From NCBI GenBank assembly GCA_016198685.1, contig JACQID010000008.1, positions 1 through 64,000 of the forward strand: a stretch of DNA of 64,000 bases. Direction: 5' to 3'. The position numbers and the translations under genes are program-made. Below are positions 9,195 through 17,475 of the stretch, piece after piece; within the stretch, counting starts at the first letter, position 1, and each line of letters begins with the position of its first letter. Source of the stretch: Candidatus Aenigmatarchaeota archaeon (GTDB taxonomy: Archaea; Aenigmatarchaeota; Aenigmatarchaeia; GW2011-AR5). The notes beneath the pieces are model-generated. The model was not told where the DNA came from. It did no database searches and saw only the letters and a program-made list of their open reading frames with translations.

Positions 9195-9291
9195 CTATGT
9201 CTTCCTTGAAGCGCCGGAGAATCTTGGGCACGTCTTCCGCTTCAACGCGTAGTATTTCAGCCGCTTTCTTTATCTTTTGTATATCATCCAT
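9181..9291 (-). CDS. 36-aa ORF coupled to alaS, resembling the AlaRS helix-loop-helix dimerisation segment
   Basis: MDDIQKIKKAAEILRVEAEDVPKILRRFKEDIAKMR; ATG overlaps the alaS stop (ATGGATGA); not in the ORF track. Confidence 0.65.
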   Translation of the reverse strand: MDDIQKIKKAAEILRVEAEDVPKILRRFKEDIAKMR

Positions 9292-11890
9292 CTTTCATCC
9301 GCTTCCTTATTTTTTCTAATGCCAGTTCATCCGGCGTGTTTTCGTACGTTCCCTGGGCAAATGTTCCGGAACCCCCGCCGTTACCTCCGGTGAGGTTTAG
9401 AGCGAACTTCATTATTTCCGATGCATTGCCGCCGGAGGCAACTATGCTTTTGTCTTTGGTTCCGAAAAGAACATAGGAGCCGCCAGTTCTTGTTATCGCC
9501 ATAAGGCTTTTTCTCTCCGCGTCAAGCACATCTACGCTTTTTACCTCGATGCTTTGTGCAAGCGAGGCCGCTTTTTCTTCATATTCTTTTCTTGCGCGTT
9601 TCCATTCGTTGAAAAGCTGCTCTGTACCGGCCACTATGTCCTTTGTTTCCAGTATACTTTCGGCTTCCCTGGCTAAAGATGCCATTTTTTCTTCGTATTC
9701 CTTAGCAGCTTCGCCTGCGACCAGTGTCAGTCTGACAACGCCGTCCTGTATTTTTTCGGCCTTGGTTATTATGATTCTGCGGATTGTTCCTGTATTGTCG
9801 ACGTGCGTTCCGCCGCATGCTTCCGTGTCCACTTCAGGTATTTCAACTATTCTTAGTTCCTTTGCAGGTATGGCCGGGCCCTGATATATTCGCATGCCGA
9901 ATCTCTTTTCAGCCTCGGTTCTCTCTATGACATGCTTATGCGTCTGAATGTTTCTTTTGACTGCGTCATTAGCCATCTTTTCTATCTCATCTAGCTGTTC
10001 ATGGGATGGAATCTTGTAATGCGTAAGATCTATAGTTGCCTTTTCAGGCGTCTTCAGAGCTCCTGCCTGCCAGAGATGGCTGCCAAGAACGCGCCTTGCA
10101 AGGCCATTGACTATATGAACTGCGCTGTGATGATGCATGAGCCTCTCGCGTCTTTTTGCATCAATAACGCCTTTTACGGTATCGCCTTCTTTGAAAGGAA
10201 TGCCGGACATCTTGTGCGCGACTACTGTGCCGAATTTTTGCACATCTTCAACAGGAATGGCATTAATAGCGCCTAAGTCATTCTGCTGTCCTCCGCCTTC
10301 AGGATAAAATACCGTTCTGTCAAGGACAACCCAGTTATCTCTTATTTTCAGAACTGTGGCCGTGAATTCCCTTGCGTTGTTGTCCTTGTAATAAAGGAGC
10401 TCTGTCGGCGCTGCGTCAAATTCTATCTTCATCTTTTCTTTCTTCTCGGTTCTTCTGTGTCTGTCAGCTACAAGTAGATAGAAATTTTCAGGAATAACTA
10501 TATTTGGCATCACTTCCTTTACGTCCTCTGGCGGGATGCCATGGCTGTCATAAAGCTCTATAAGCTTGTTTGTGTCAACGTTCCTAAGCTTGCTTACTAT
10601 TTCCCTGCTTTTCTCTTTCGTAGAATCATATTTTTCCTTTTCATATGCGAGTATATCGTCTATGCTCCCAATGGCTTCCTGAAGCTCAGGATATATTTCC
10701 TTGAGATAATCCGCATGCAATTCACAGAGCTTGGCAAAATCAATATCCCATCCGTACTTTCTTGAGAGCGAAAACGCCCTTCTCAGTATCAAGCGCAGGT
10801 TATAGCCCCCTCCGACATTGCTTGGAAGCGTTCCGTCATTTATCGCGACAAGCAATGTTCTTGTATGTTCGGCAATCGAATAGAGTGCAGCAAGAGGCAT
10901 GACGTTCTCCCTGAGAAGTTTTGCGTCATACCCCGTCTTTTCTGCAACTTTCTTCCATGCTTTGTCCATGTCTTCAGTTTCGTCTATGTTAAGCATCGAT
11001 GCATACGGCAGGAATTTCTTGATGATGTCTTCGTTTACTTGTATTCCGGTTATGCTCTTGAGATGCGTCATCACCGTTGGGAAAGTTGTCTCGTAGCTAT
11101 TGACAGTTCCGTGCGAGAACCATGCATTCCTTTCCTGCCCAAGACCCATGTCGAGGACCTTGAGCTTAAGGTCCTCGTAACCAGTTTCAGTCTGCCTGAA
11201 CTGCATGTATACCTGGTTTGCTAATTCAAGGCCGCCTGAGAAAAATTCCACGCATGGGCCGAAGTTGCCTGAGCCGGCCCAAACGTCCTCGTGTAATATT
11301 ATTTCTTCCTTGGGAAGGCCGAGGCCGTCTGTGAACCACTTCATGAGGTGGAGGAAATAATCATTCATCCTGTAATCCTTAGGCTGCTCGAATCTGTGCT
11401 GCCCAATCATGACAAAACATGTATAATGCGCTCCTGTTATTCCTACATTGTCTATGTCGTTGAACCTGAGGCACGTTTGCGGTATCACGAGTGGATTTGC
11501 CGGCGGCTTTACTTCGCCGGATATGACATAAGGAATGAAATCGTCTATTGAAGCTTCCACGAAATGCAGGTCTGTTCTCCATCTTGCCGTCACAGGATAG
11601 CGTTTTATCGGTGTATAGCCCTGCTTCTGCAAAAGTTCGGAAAATTTTTTCCAGACCTCAGGATAAGTCATCTTGTGCTTTGCCGGGCTGTTGCCTATGA
11701 ACGAATATCCTCCGCAACATGCAGAATCCCCGCAGGCGCTTCGCGCCTTGACGGACCAGAACGCGCGGCCGCACGACATGCATTTTCGCCTAACAAAGCC
11801 TAAATCCGCCATGCCGTTAGGATAGTATTTTGAAGGTTCCTTTGCGAATTCAATGAAGTATTTTTTCTTCAGTGCTTTGTCATCTAGCAT
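9284..11890 (-). CDS. alaS: Alanyl-tRNA synthetase, archaeal type
   Basis: C-x-x-C N-terminus, HFVEASIDDF, VLDMGLGQER, editing HHSAVH...EACGGTH, short C-Ala. Confidence 0.98.
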   Translation of the reverse strand: MLDDKALKKKYFIEFAKEPSKYYPNGMADLGFVRRKCMSCGRAFWSVKARSACGDSACCGGYSFIGNSPAKHKMTYPEVWKKFSELLQKQGYTPIKRYPVTARWRTDLHFVEASIDDFIPYVISGEVKPPANPLVIPQTCLRFNDIDNVGITGAHYTCFVMIGQHRFEQPKDYRMNDYFLHLMKWFTDGLGLPKEEIILHEDVWAGSGNFGPCVEFFSGGLELANQVYMQFRQTETGYEDLKLKVLDMGLGQERNAWFSHGTVNSYETTFPTVMTHLKSITGIQVNEDIIKKFLPYASMLNIDETEDMDKAWKKVAEKTGYDAKLLRENVMPLAALYSIAEHTRTLLVAINDGTLPSNVGGGYNLRLILRRAFSLSRKYGWDIDFAKLCELHADYLKEIYPELQEAIGSIDDILAYEKEKYDSTKEKSREIVSKLRNVDTNKLIELYDSHGIPPEDVKEVMPNIVIPENFYLLVADRHRRTEKKEKMKIEFDAAPTELLYYKDNNAREFTATVLKIRDNWVVLDRTVFYPEGGGQQNDLGAINAIPVEDVQKFGTVVAHKMSGIPFKEGDTVKGVIDAKRRERLMHHHSAVHIVNGLARRVLGSHLWQAGALKTPEKATIDLTHYKIPSHEQLDEIEKMANDAVKRNIQTHKHVIERTEAEKRFGMRIYQGPAIPAKELRIVEIPEVDTEACGGTHVDNTGTIRRIIITKAEKIQDGVVRLTLVAGEAAKEYEEKMASLAREAESILETKDIVAGTEQLFNEWKRARKEYEEKAASLAQSIEVKSVDVLDAERKSLMAITRTGGSYVLFGTKDKSIVASGGNASEIMKFALNLTGGNGGGSGTFAQGTYENTPDELALEKIRKRMKDG

Positions 11891-11969
11891 CTTAATCAAT
11901 TATAGGCAAAATCTTAATAGTTAAGGAAAGGCGGATTTTTACCGGCTGTAGCGCCCATACGTTTGTATC

Positions 11970-12329
11970 TCATTTCATGAACTCGACATTCGGCATGCCT
12001 TCAAATTCCCTGTCGCCTGTGAGAAACTTCATGCCGTTTTTCAGGGCAACGGCGTATCCGATGCAATCTGTCATGGAAAGCTTTCTGTTTGATTTCTTGA
12101 TTGCGGCCGCCGCCTGGATAACATTGCCGTCGAATTCTATGGCAAGCTCTTCGTATTTTTTCAGGTAATGGCGCGCCTTGCCGGCATCTTCTTTCAGTAT
12201 CGAATAAAAAAGCTCGAAAAGATTGAGCTTTGTAAGCACTATTTCAGCATCTCTGTATTTTTCGTAGTGCGGGTTGCCGGATATGATCTCTATGACTGCG
12301 TATGTATCGAAGAAGAATGCTTCAGTCAT
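11970..12329 (-). CDS. vapC: VapC PIN-domain toxin
   Basis: FFDTYAVIE, LSMTDCIGY, LTGDREF acidic PIN residues. Confidence 0.92.
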   Translation of the reverse strand: MTEAFFFDTYAVIEIISGNPHYEKYRDAEIVLTKLNLFELFYSILKEDAGKARHYLKKYEELAIEFDGNVIQAAAAIKKSNRKLSMTDCIGYAVALKNGMKFLTGDREFEGMPNVEFMK

Positions 12330-12540
12330 AAAGTTCTTTCCTTAGCTCGTCTTTCATCTCTTGCGCCGATTTCTTGAATTTCATGGTCCCGAACGTTTCC
12401 TTCAAGACGTTGGTCTTCTTCGTTATCAGTATCTCAACTTCCTTTCCGGGTTTGATGCCTTCCTTTTCGGCTATTTCTCTGGGTATAACTAGGCCCACGG
12501 AATTTCCCCATGCCCTTGCCCTGATTTTCACGGTTTCCAT
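12322..12540 (-). CDS. vapB: AbrB/MazE/SpoVT-family antitoxin
   Basis: RAWGNSVGLVIPREIAEKEGIKPG; overlaps the vapC start; start set at ATG 12540. Confidence 0.9.
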   Translation of the reverse strand: METVKIRARAWGNSVGLVIPREIAEKEGIKPGKEVEILITKKTNVLKETFGTMKFKKSAQEMKDELRKELYD

Positions 12541-12598
12541 AACATCACAATAATTATACATAATATAACTATTTAAATTCCATAACAACAAGAAAGAA

Positions 12599-12655
12599 TT
12601 TAAACATCGAATTCCGCCGTATTAACACGGCGGACGAAACAACGGGAATTCGATG
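12599..12655. repeat. Structured 57-bp element, copy 2
   Basis: tttaaa-catcgaatt-ccgccgt-attaac-acggcgg-acgaaacaacggg-aattcgatg; nested inverted repeats. Confidence 0.9.
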
Positions 12656-12870
12656 TGGTTGTAGAGACCGAACAAACGAGCTAAGGAATGCAACCATGTC
12701 TTTCGCGCCGACATGTCGTACTCCTTTTTAATTATTGTGGTCTTCCCTCTAGGCCTGAGATAATTCAAGCACATACTTGCTTGTAATACCTGAAATCGGT
12801 CGGTAAATATTGCCTCAATATTCTGAAACAGTTCATTGGCCTCCGTCAAACGCTTTTTAAAGCCTTCCAA
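12622..12870 (-). CDS. Hypothetical protein (82 aa), doubtful
   Basis: TTG start only 15 bp from a divergent ORF; ends inside the repeat. Confidence 0.3.
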   Translation of the reverse strand: MEGFKKRLTEANELFQNIEAIFTDRFQVLQASMCLNYLRPRGKTTIIKKEYDMSARKTWLHSLARLFGLYNHIEFPLFRPPC

Positions 12871-12885
12871 GATATTTCAGAATCT

Positions 12886-13395
12886 ATGAGATATGAATAC
12901 GTGCCCCCACTCCATGACTGGAGCGGATTCGCATTTGAGGGAACATGGGGGTTGACTGGGGAGATCCAGCAAATGCTGGAGGAGGAATATCCAGGGGAGA
13001 TGGTGTTGGAAGAGCGGCCGGAAATAAAGTTACTAGTAGCCTACCGGCTTTCGTTTGAAAGATACCGTGAATCAATTGGCAAGAACTTTCCAGAATATAA
13101 TCTGTTCTTGATAGATTCAGACGCTTATAGCAAAGAATATTTGCAGCCAGTGAAGGAGGTCGAACAGACTGATGGGCGTCATTATATTTTGGCGGGGATT
13201 CAATTAGGGCATGAGTATTCAATCAATGATTTTTTCTCAGTTGCACAGAAACTGGGATTTAGAGAAACTGATAGTTTTACGCAGGAGCAGTTAGAGGAGT
13301 TAACCCAAAAGGCACTAACGCCCTACAATCATCCGTACAATTCCGCGTTGCGCGATCTCAGAGAAACATCTGGATGTCACGTATGGCTTAGCTGA
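12886..13395 (+). CDS. Hypothetical acidic protein (169 aa)
   Basis: Protein-like composition; no motif recognised. Confidence 0.65.
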   Translation: MRYEYVPPLHDWSGFAFEGTWGLTGEIQQMLEEEYPGEMVLEERPEIKLLVAYRLSFERYRESIGKNFPEYNLFLIDSDAYSKEYLQPVKEVEQTDGRHYILAGIQLGHEYSINDFFSVAQKLGFRETDSFTQEQLEELTQKALTPYNHPYNSALRDLRETSGCHVWLS

Positions 13396-13682
13396 TAGCC
13401 ACCAGTTCGATCCAGCAGTAAGGTGGTGGAGCAAAAGCGTATTCGCCCCGGTGGCGCGTTAGAATGGTGGGACTAAGTCGCTCTAAGGGCTTGCCATTAA
13501 ATTCAAGTAAACGCCCGCTGTTAGAAACTACTGCATCTAATCGTGTAAAGTCATTTATCGGGCCTTTTTTCCATCGGCCGAAAGCTTAGGAGATAAAGAT
13601 TCCCTATCTTCTTTTCCGTTAGACGTACATCCGTAGCTCGGCTAAGCGCATCCAATCCAAAATTAGGTTCTTGAAATTCCAT
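13388..13682 (-). pseudogene. Frameshifted orphan ORF (about 97 aa if joined)
   Basis: MEFQEPNFGLDALSR...RPMEK continues after a -1 shift in an A6 run as KGPINDFTRLDAVVS...WIELVAIS*; fills the gap between 13395 and rpl12. Confidence 0.4.
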
Positions 13683-13775
13683 AAATTTAGAACGCGTAAA
13701 GGTTTACGTATCCAGTGAAATATATGCAAAACTAATTAAATGAAGAATCATGAAAACAAAATGAAAGCAAAAAAT

Positions 13776-14075
13776 TTAACCGAACAATGCGCCTAATCCT
13801 GCGGCTGCTTCTTCGGCCTTCTTGGCTTCGTCTTCTTCTTTCTTCTCTTCTTTCTTGGCTTCTCCGGCAACTGCCGCAGGTGCCGCTGCCGCTACAGGCA
13901 TAGCCGCCTTGCTTATGGCTTCCTCGATGTTCACGCCTTCAAGCGCTGCAACGAGTGCCTTTATCTGTGCGTCTTCTATCTTTTCGCCTGCTGCTTCAGC
14001 AACTTTCTTTACATTTGCTTCATTTATGGGTTTTCCTGCGGAGTGAAGGAGGAGAGCTCCGTATACTAGATTCAT
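13776..14075 (-). CDS. rpl12: 50S ribosomal stalk protein P1/L12
   Basis: [15 protein letters not shown]; Ala/Glu hinge; [12 protein letters not shown]-terminus. Confidence 0.97.
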   Translation of the reverse strand: MNLVYGALLLHSAGKPINEANVKKVAEAAGEKIEDAQIKALVAALEGVNIEEAISKAAMPVAAAAPAAVAGEAKKEEKKEEDEAKKAEEAAAGLGALFG

Positions 14076-14088
14076 GTTTCAAAACCTC

Positions 14089-14922
14089 CTAAACATTCTT
14101 TGCGCTTTCGAGCGCCTTTGCTTCGCGTGATGCTTTTGCGAGAACTTCGCCTATGAAATCTTTGTCAAGTATGTCTGCCTCTATGACAAGGCTTCTCGCT
14201 TCGCCGAACGCCTTCTGTATCATGACAGAGATGTTTTCTTTGGTCGGATAGTGGGCGTTGACCGAGAGGTTGAATGCAGATGCAATGCAGGCTTCAACAT
14301 TTCTCTGGTACTCGTCCTTGTCGATATCCAGAACTTTGCCTTCGTATATCAAGCCATTCTCCCATGCGGATACCATGTCTATGCCTATCTGCATGGGCTC
14401 GAGCTTGAGTAAGTTAAATCCGTTGACCATGTCCGCCGTTATCGTTTCGCCTTTTTTTGCAACGACCTTGTCCTGGGAAACTGCAATTTTGCCTGCTTCG
14501 ACCGTTGTCTTAAGGCCAAGCTTCTGCAGGGTCGTTATTGCAGGGCCAGGCGGAAGGCCGGTCGGCCCCTTCTGTACCGTTATGTCCTGCGGAGCAATGT
14601 CGCCTATCTTGGCTCCTGAAGCTATTCTGTTCTGCTTCAATGTAGCGTAAAGACGGAACGGATTGTCGTTGGAAAGTATGATTGCAGATTCGCCTGCCAC
14701 CTTGCCGGAGAGTGCCGAGAGATCATGGCCGCTTTTTTCCATCGCTTTCTTGAGTATGACGTTCTTTGCCGCCTTGATTGTGGCCTTGCCTGACATCTTG
14801 TTTTTTATCTTCTGCATCTGCTTTGTCGGCATCTTGTGAATGTTAAGTATGCCTATCACGGAGTAGGAAGCAAGCATTTTTGCAAGCTCGTCTACCTTCT
14901 TGGGTTTTTGAGATTTAAGCAT
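14089..14922 (-). CDS. rpl10: 50S ribosomal protein L10/P0
   Basis: AKIGDIAPQDI-x-V-x-x-GPTGLPPGP; conserved gene order. Confidence 0.96.
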   Translation of the reverse strand: MLKSQKPKKVDELAKMLASYSVIGILNIHKMPTKQMQKIKNKMSGKATIKAAKNVILKKAMEKSGHDLSALSGKVAGESAIILSNDNPFRLYATLKQNRIASGAKIGDIAPQDITVQKGPTGLPPGPAITTLQKLGLKTTVEAGKIAVSQDKVVAKKGETITADMVNGFNLLKLEPMQIGIDMVSAWENGLIYEGKVLDIDKDEYQRNVEACIASAFNLSVNAHYPTKENISVMIQKAFGEARSLVIEADILDKDFIGEVLAKASREAKALESAKNV

Positions 14923-15517
14923 CTATCTTCACCGGTTTGCCCATTGTTGTCTTGATATATAAGGTTTTTATCTGGTTGACGCCCTTAGGCAACAGGGCCT
15001 TGACATCGTTTATGACAGCTTCAGCATTTTCCTTGATCTGAGAATCTGTCATGGCCTCAGTGCCTACAGGGACTGTTATCGCAGGAGCATCACGAACTTT
15101 GATTGAAACGGATTTCTTAAGGCCTTTCATCAACGCTTCTGCAGGAACATTCGGAGGTAATGGCTTGGGCATCTTGCCCTTCGGCCCCAAGAACTTGCCT
15201 AGTACCTTGCCTACTGTGGCCATCAATGCAGGCTCGCATAAGAAATAATCATATTTGTTGATTACTGCTCTCATCTTCTTCATGTCTTTTTGCAATTCGT
15301 CAAGACCGTCTTTGTTTATGGCATCTGGAATGCTGTTGGATATCAGGCCAATTTGCACATCCTTGCCTCTTCCGTGCGGGAGCACCGTTTCCTTGGAGAA
15401 TCTGTTCTCAGGTTTCTTGACGTCAATATTTCTTAGCGTCATTCCCAGGTCTATCGTCTGGGTGAACTTTTTCTTGTCCTGCTTCCTGAGCTCCTGTATA
15501 GCTTCTTCGAGTTTCAT
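14915..15517 (-). CDS. rpl1: 50S ribosomal protein L1
   Basis: KKFTQTIDL, LPHGRG, LGPKGKMP, IKTTMGKPV. Confidence 0.97.
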   Translation of the reverse strand: MKLEEAIQELRKQDKKKFTQTIDLGMTLRNIDVKKPENRFSKETVLPHGRGKDVQIGLISNSIPDAINKDGLDELQKDMKKMRAVINKYDYFLCEPALMATVGKVLGKFLGPKGKMPKPLPPNVPAEALMKGLKKSVSIKVRDAPAITVPVGTEAMTDSQIKENAEAVINDVKALLPKGVNQIKTLYIKTTMGKPVKIDA

Positions 15518-15588
15518 AATTATCCTCCTGTCGCGAAAACGCGGCAGTATACGGACCTATCTAATAATATGGTAAAGTATAAAAAGCA

Positions 15589-16053
15589 TTATGGGCGGCG
15601 ATAGCTTTCTTCTTCCTCGTCCTTGGAATTGATCCTGTCGTCCATGGAGCCAAGCGCGCTTGCAAAAGTTCTTCTTGCGGCAGTGAGGCGATTTTCAACT
15701 TCGAATATTTTGCGTGCAAGCTCGCGATAATTCATATCCATGTCCTTCTGGTAATCAGCTCTAGCTTCCTTAAGGCGGTTGTCAAACGTGTAAAATCCTT
15801 TGCCTACATCGTAGCGTATCTCTTCAAGCTTGCGTGAAAACATTTCAAGCCTTGCCACCACCTGAACAAGAGCTTCGCGGTTCTTGTCAGATTCTCTTAT
15901 CATCTCGTCCTCAACTGCGGCTTTCTGCACGAGGCTGAGCATAAGAATTAGTATCAGTATGGCGGCAAGCGCCCACACATCCGATAGTAAGGCGATGATC
16001 GCAAAAAGCGATATCGCATAAAGACCGAGGAGTGCCTTGTCGTAGGCGTTCAT
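15589..16053 (-). CDS. Membrane protein with two TM helices and a coiled-coil tail
   Basis: Hydrophobic N-terminus followed by a heptad-like charged region; lies between rpl11 and rpl1. Confidence 0.8.
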   Translation of the reverse strand: MNAYDKALLGLYAISLFAIIALLSDVWALAAILILILMLSLVQKAAVEDEMIRESDKNREALVQVVARLEMFSRKLEEIRYDVGKGFYTFDNRLKEARADYQKDMDMNYRELARKIFEVENRLTAARRTFASALGSMDDRINSKDEEEESYRRP

Positions 16054-16091
16054 GATTCAGCTATCTTGGGAAAGCATAAAAGGTTTGCGTA

Positions 16092-16574
16092 CTATTCGAC
16101 CTTGTGCTTGCCTTCATCTATTTCCTTCTGTAAGTCGCGTGGATCCTTGCCGTCAACTGTAACGCCACCTGACAGGCACGTTCCAAGTATCTGCTTTACC
16201 TTTCCCTTCATTGTGTGGCTCATCAGCACGTCTTCCTTGGCTTTTGCTATCTGAAGGATTTTTGAGAATGCAATGTCGCCGCCTTCTATTGTTGTTTCCT
16301 CTTTCTTGTGTCTGAGCTTGTCCTTCTTCATCTCCTTTCTTATCATGGAAGTTGTAGGAGGCGTACCTACTGTTATTGTATATTCTTTCGTTTCAATATC
16401 AACAATGATCTTGACAGGCACTTCCATACCGGCAAAACTCTTTGTTTTTTCATTTATCTGGGCAACTACTTGGCCGACGTTTACCTTAAGCGGTGAAAGG
16501 CTCGGACCTAGCGGTGGCGCAGGCGTAGCCTTGCCTCCCTGAACAAGAACGTCTATTGATTCTTTTTTACCCAT
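16092..16574 (-). CDS. rpl11: 50S ribosomal protein L11
   Basis: GGKATPAPPLGPSL, FAGMEVPVKI, GTCLSGGVTVDG. Confidence 0.97.
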   Translation of the reverse strand: MGKKESIDVLVQGGKATPAPPLGPSLSPLKVNVGQVVAQINEKTKSFAGMEVPVKIIVDIETKEYTITVGTPPTTSMIRKEMKKDKLRHKKEETTIEGGDIAFSKILQIAKAKEDVLMSHTMKGKVKQILGTCLSGGVTVDGKDPRDLQKEIDEGKHKVE

Positions 16575-16590
16575 ATAATATCCCTCCTGG

Positions 16591-17034
16591 TTATTCCTCT
16601 TTTTTCTTTGAGTGTATGCTGACTGAATTAACAGGCACTGTGACCGGTATCGGTATAGCGGCTTCCAGGAATTCTACCGTGACTTCCTGCTTGGTTTCGT
16701 CTATTCTGGTTACTTTGCCGCGCTCGCCCTTGAAGGGTCCGCCTACAATTTCTATGACGTCGCCCACGCCGACCTTGATTTCCTGTCTTTCTGCAACTAA
16801 GAATCTTTCAATCTGGGACATAGGAATTTCTTTAGGTATTATTCCACGAACGTGCGGGACGTTCTTCGTGGCGGATTCTATGTCATTTAATTCTCCTTCC
16901 ACGAAAATGTAGCCGCGTATTTCTTCAGGACGGAACATGGCGTTGATCGGAATGGCCCCGGCCTTTATTTTTGTGGCCAAGGATTCCATGACTACATTCT
17001 CTCTTCCTGTTGTCGTTCTTACCGTTAGAATCAT
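16591..17034 (-). CDS. spt5: Transcription elongation factor Spt5
   Basis: NGN domain (RTTTGRE...RGYIFVE) plus KOW (GDVIEIVGGPFKG). Confidence 0.96.
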   Translation of the reverse strand: MILTVRTTTGRENVVMESLATKIKAGAIPINAMFRPEEIRGYIFVEGELNDIESATKNVPHVRGIIPKEIPMSQIERFLVAERQEIKVGVGDVIEIVGGPFKGERGKVTRIDETKQEVTVEFLEAAIPIPVTVPVNSVSIHSKKKEE

Positions 17035-17042
17035 TTTTTCAC

Positions 17043-17222
17043 CTATAGATGGCCTGCACCACTAAGCAGCATTGCCGTGACGAATATGATGAACCCGGCC
17101 AAGCCTATTGCCGCTATGCCCGCGCCGGTTATCTTGGCGCTTTGCGTGAGCTCCTGTTTATCCGGTTTGGATGCTATCATTAACACTCTGGCTATTTTAT
17201 CTATTCTATCCTTGATGTCCAT
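17043..17222 (-). CDS. secE: Protein translocase subunit SecE (Sec61 gamma)
   Basis: My translation: MDIKDRIDKIARVLMIASKPDKQELTQSAKITGAGIAAIGLAGFIIF...; conserved position between ftsZ and spt5; not in the ORF track. Confidence 0.93.
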   Translation of the reverse strand: MDIKDRIDKIARVLMIASKPDKQELTQSAKITGAGIAAIGLAGFIIFVTAMLLSGAGHL

Positions 17223-17335
17223 TTCCCTTAATTGAATGAAACATTTAAATGGTTAATTTATGCTTCAGACGGGCGGCGTAGTTCGGGAAAGAGACGTCAA
17301 GCGCCGCGCCTGCGGGTTCATAAAGCGGTATCTCC

Positions 17336-17470
17336 TCAAACTGTTAAAGCCGCCAATTCTGAATACACGCTAAGTTTTGAGTCATGAATGACGCTATCCG
17401 CCCATACTTTCAGGGAATCGTCACCTGCAGGATCGGCTTCTATATGGAGATTGTAGAGAGGCCTTGCCAT
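17336..17470 (-). CDS. Possible 44-aa ORF directly after ftsZ
   Basis: MARPLYNLHIEADPAGDDSLKVWADSVIHDSKLSVYSELAALTV; ATG 5 nt after the ftsZ stop. Confidence 0.3.
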   Translation of the reverse strand: MARPLYNLHIEADPAGDDSLKVWADSVIHDSKLSVYSELAALTV

Positions 17471-17475
17471 TATAC

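Noticed and set aside
791-12655. CRISPR or DGR (TR/VR) reading of the two repeats
   Set aside because: Only two copies 11.8 kb apart, no spacers, differences are not adenine-specific, and no cas or reverse transcriptase gene is in the window
17265-17362. 5S rRNA or SRP RNA call
   Set aside because: GGCGGC/GCCGCC ends and a TTCCCGAAC loop-C-like word are present, but their order and the length do not fit 5S, and there is no SRP helix-8 motif; kept only as an unassigned structured candidate
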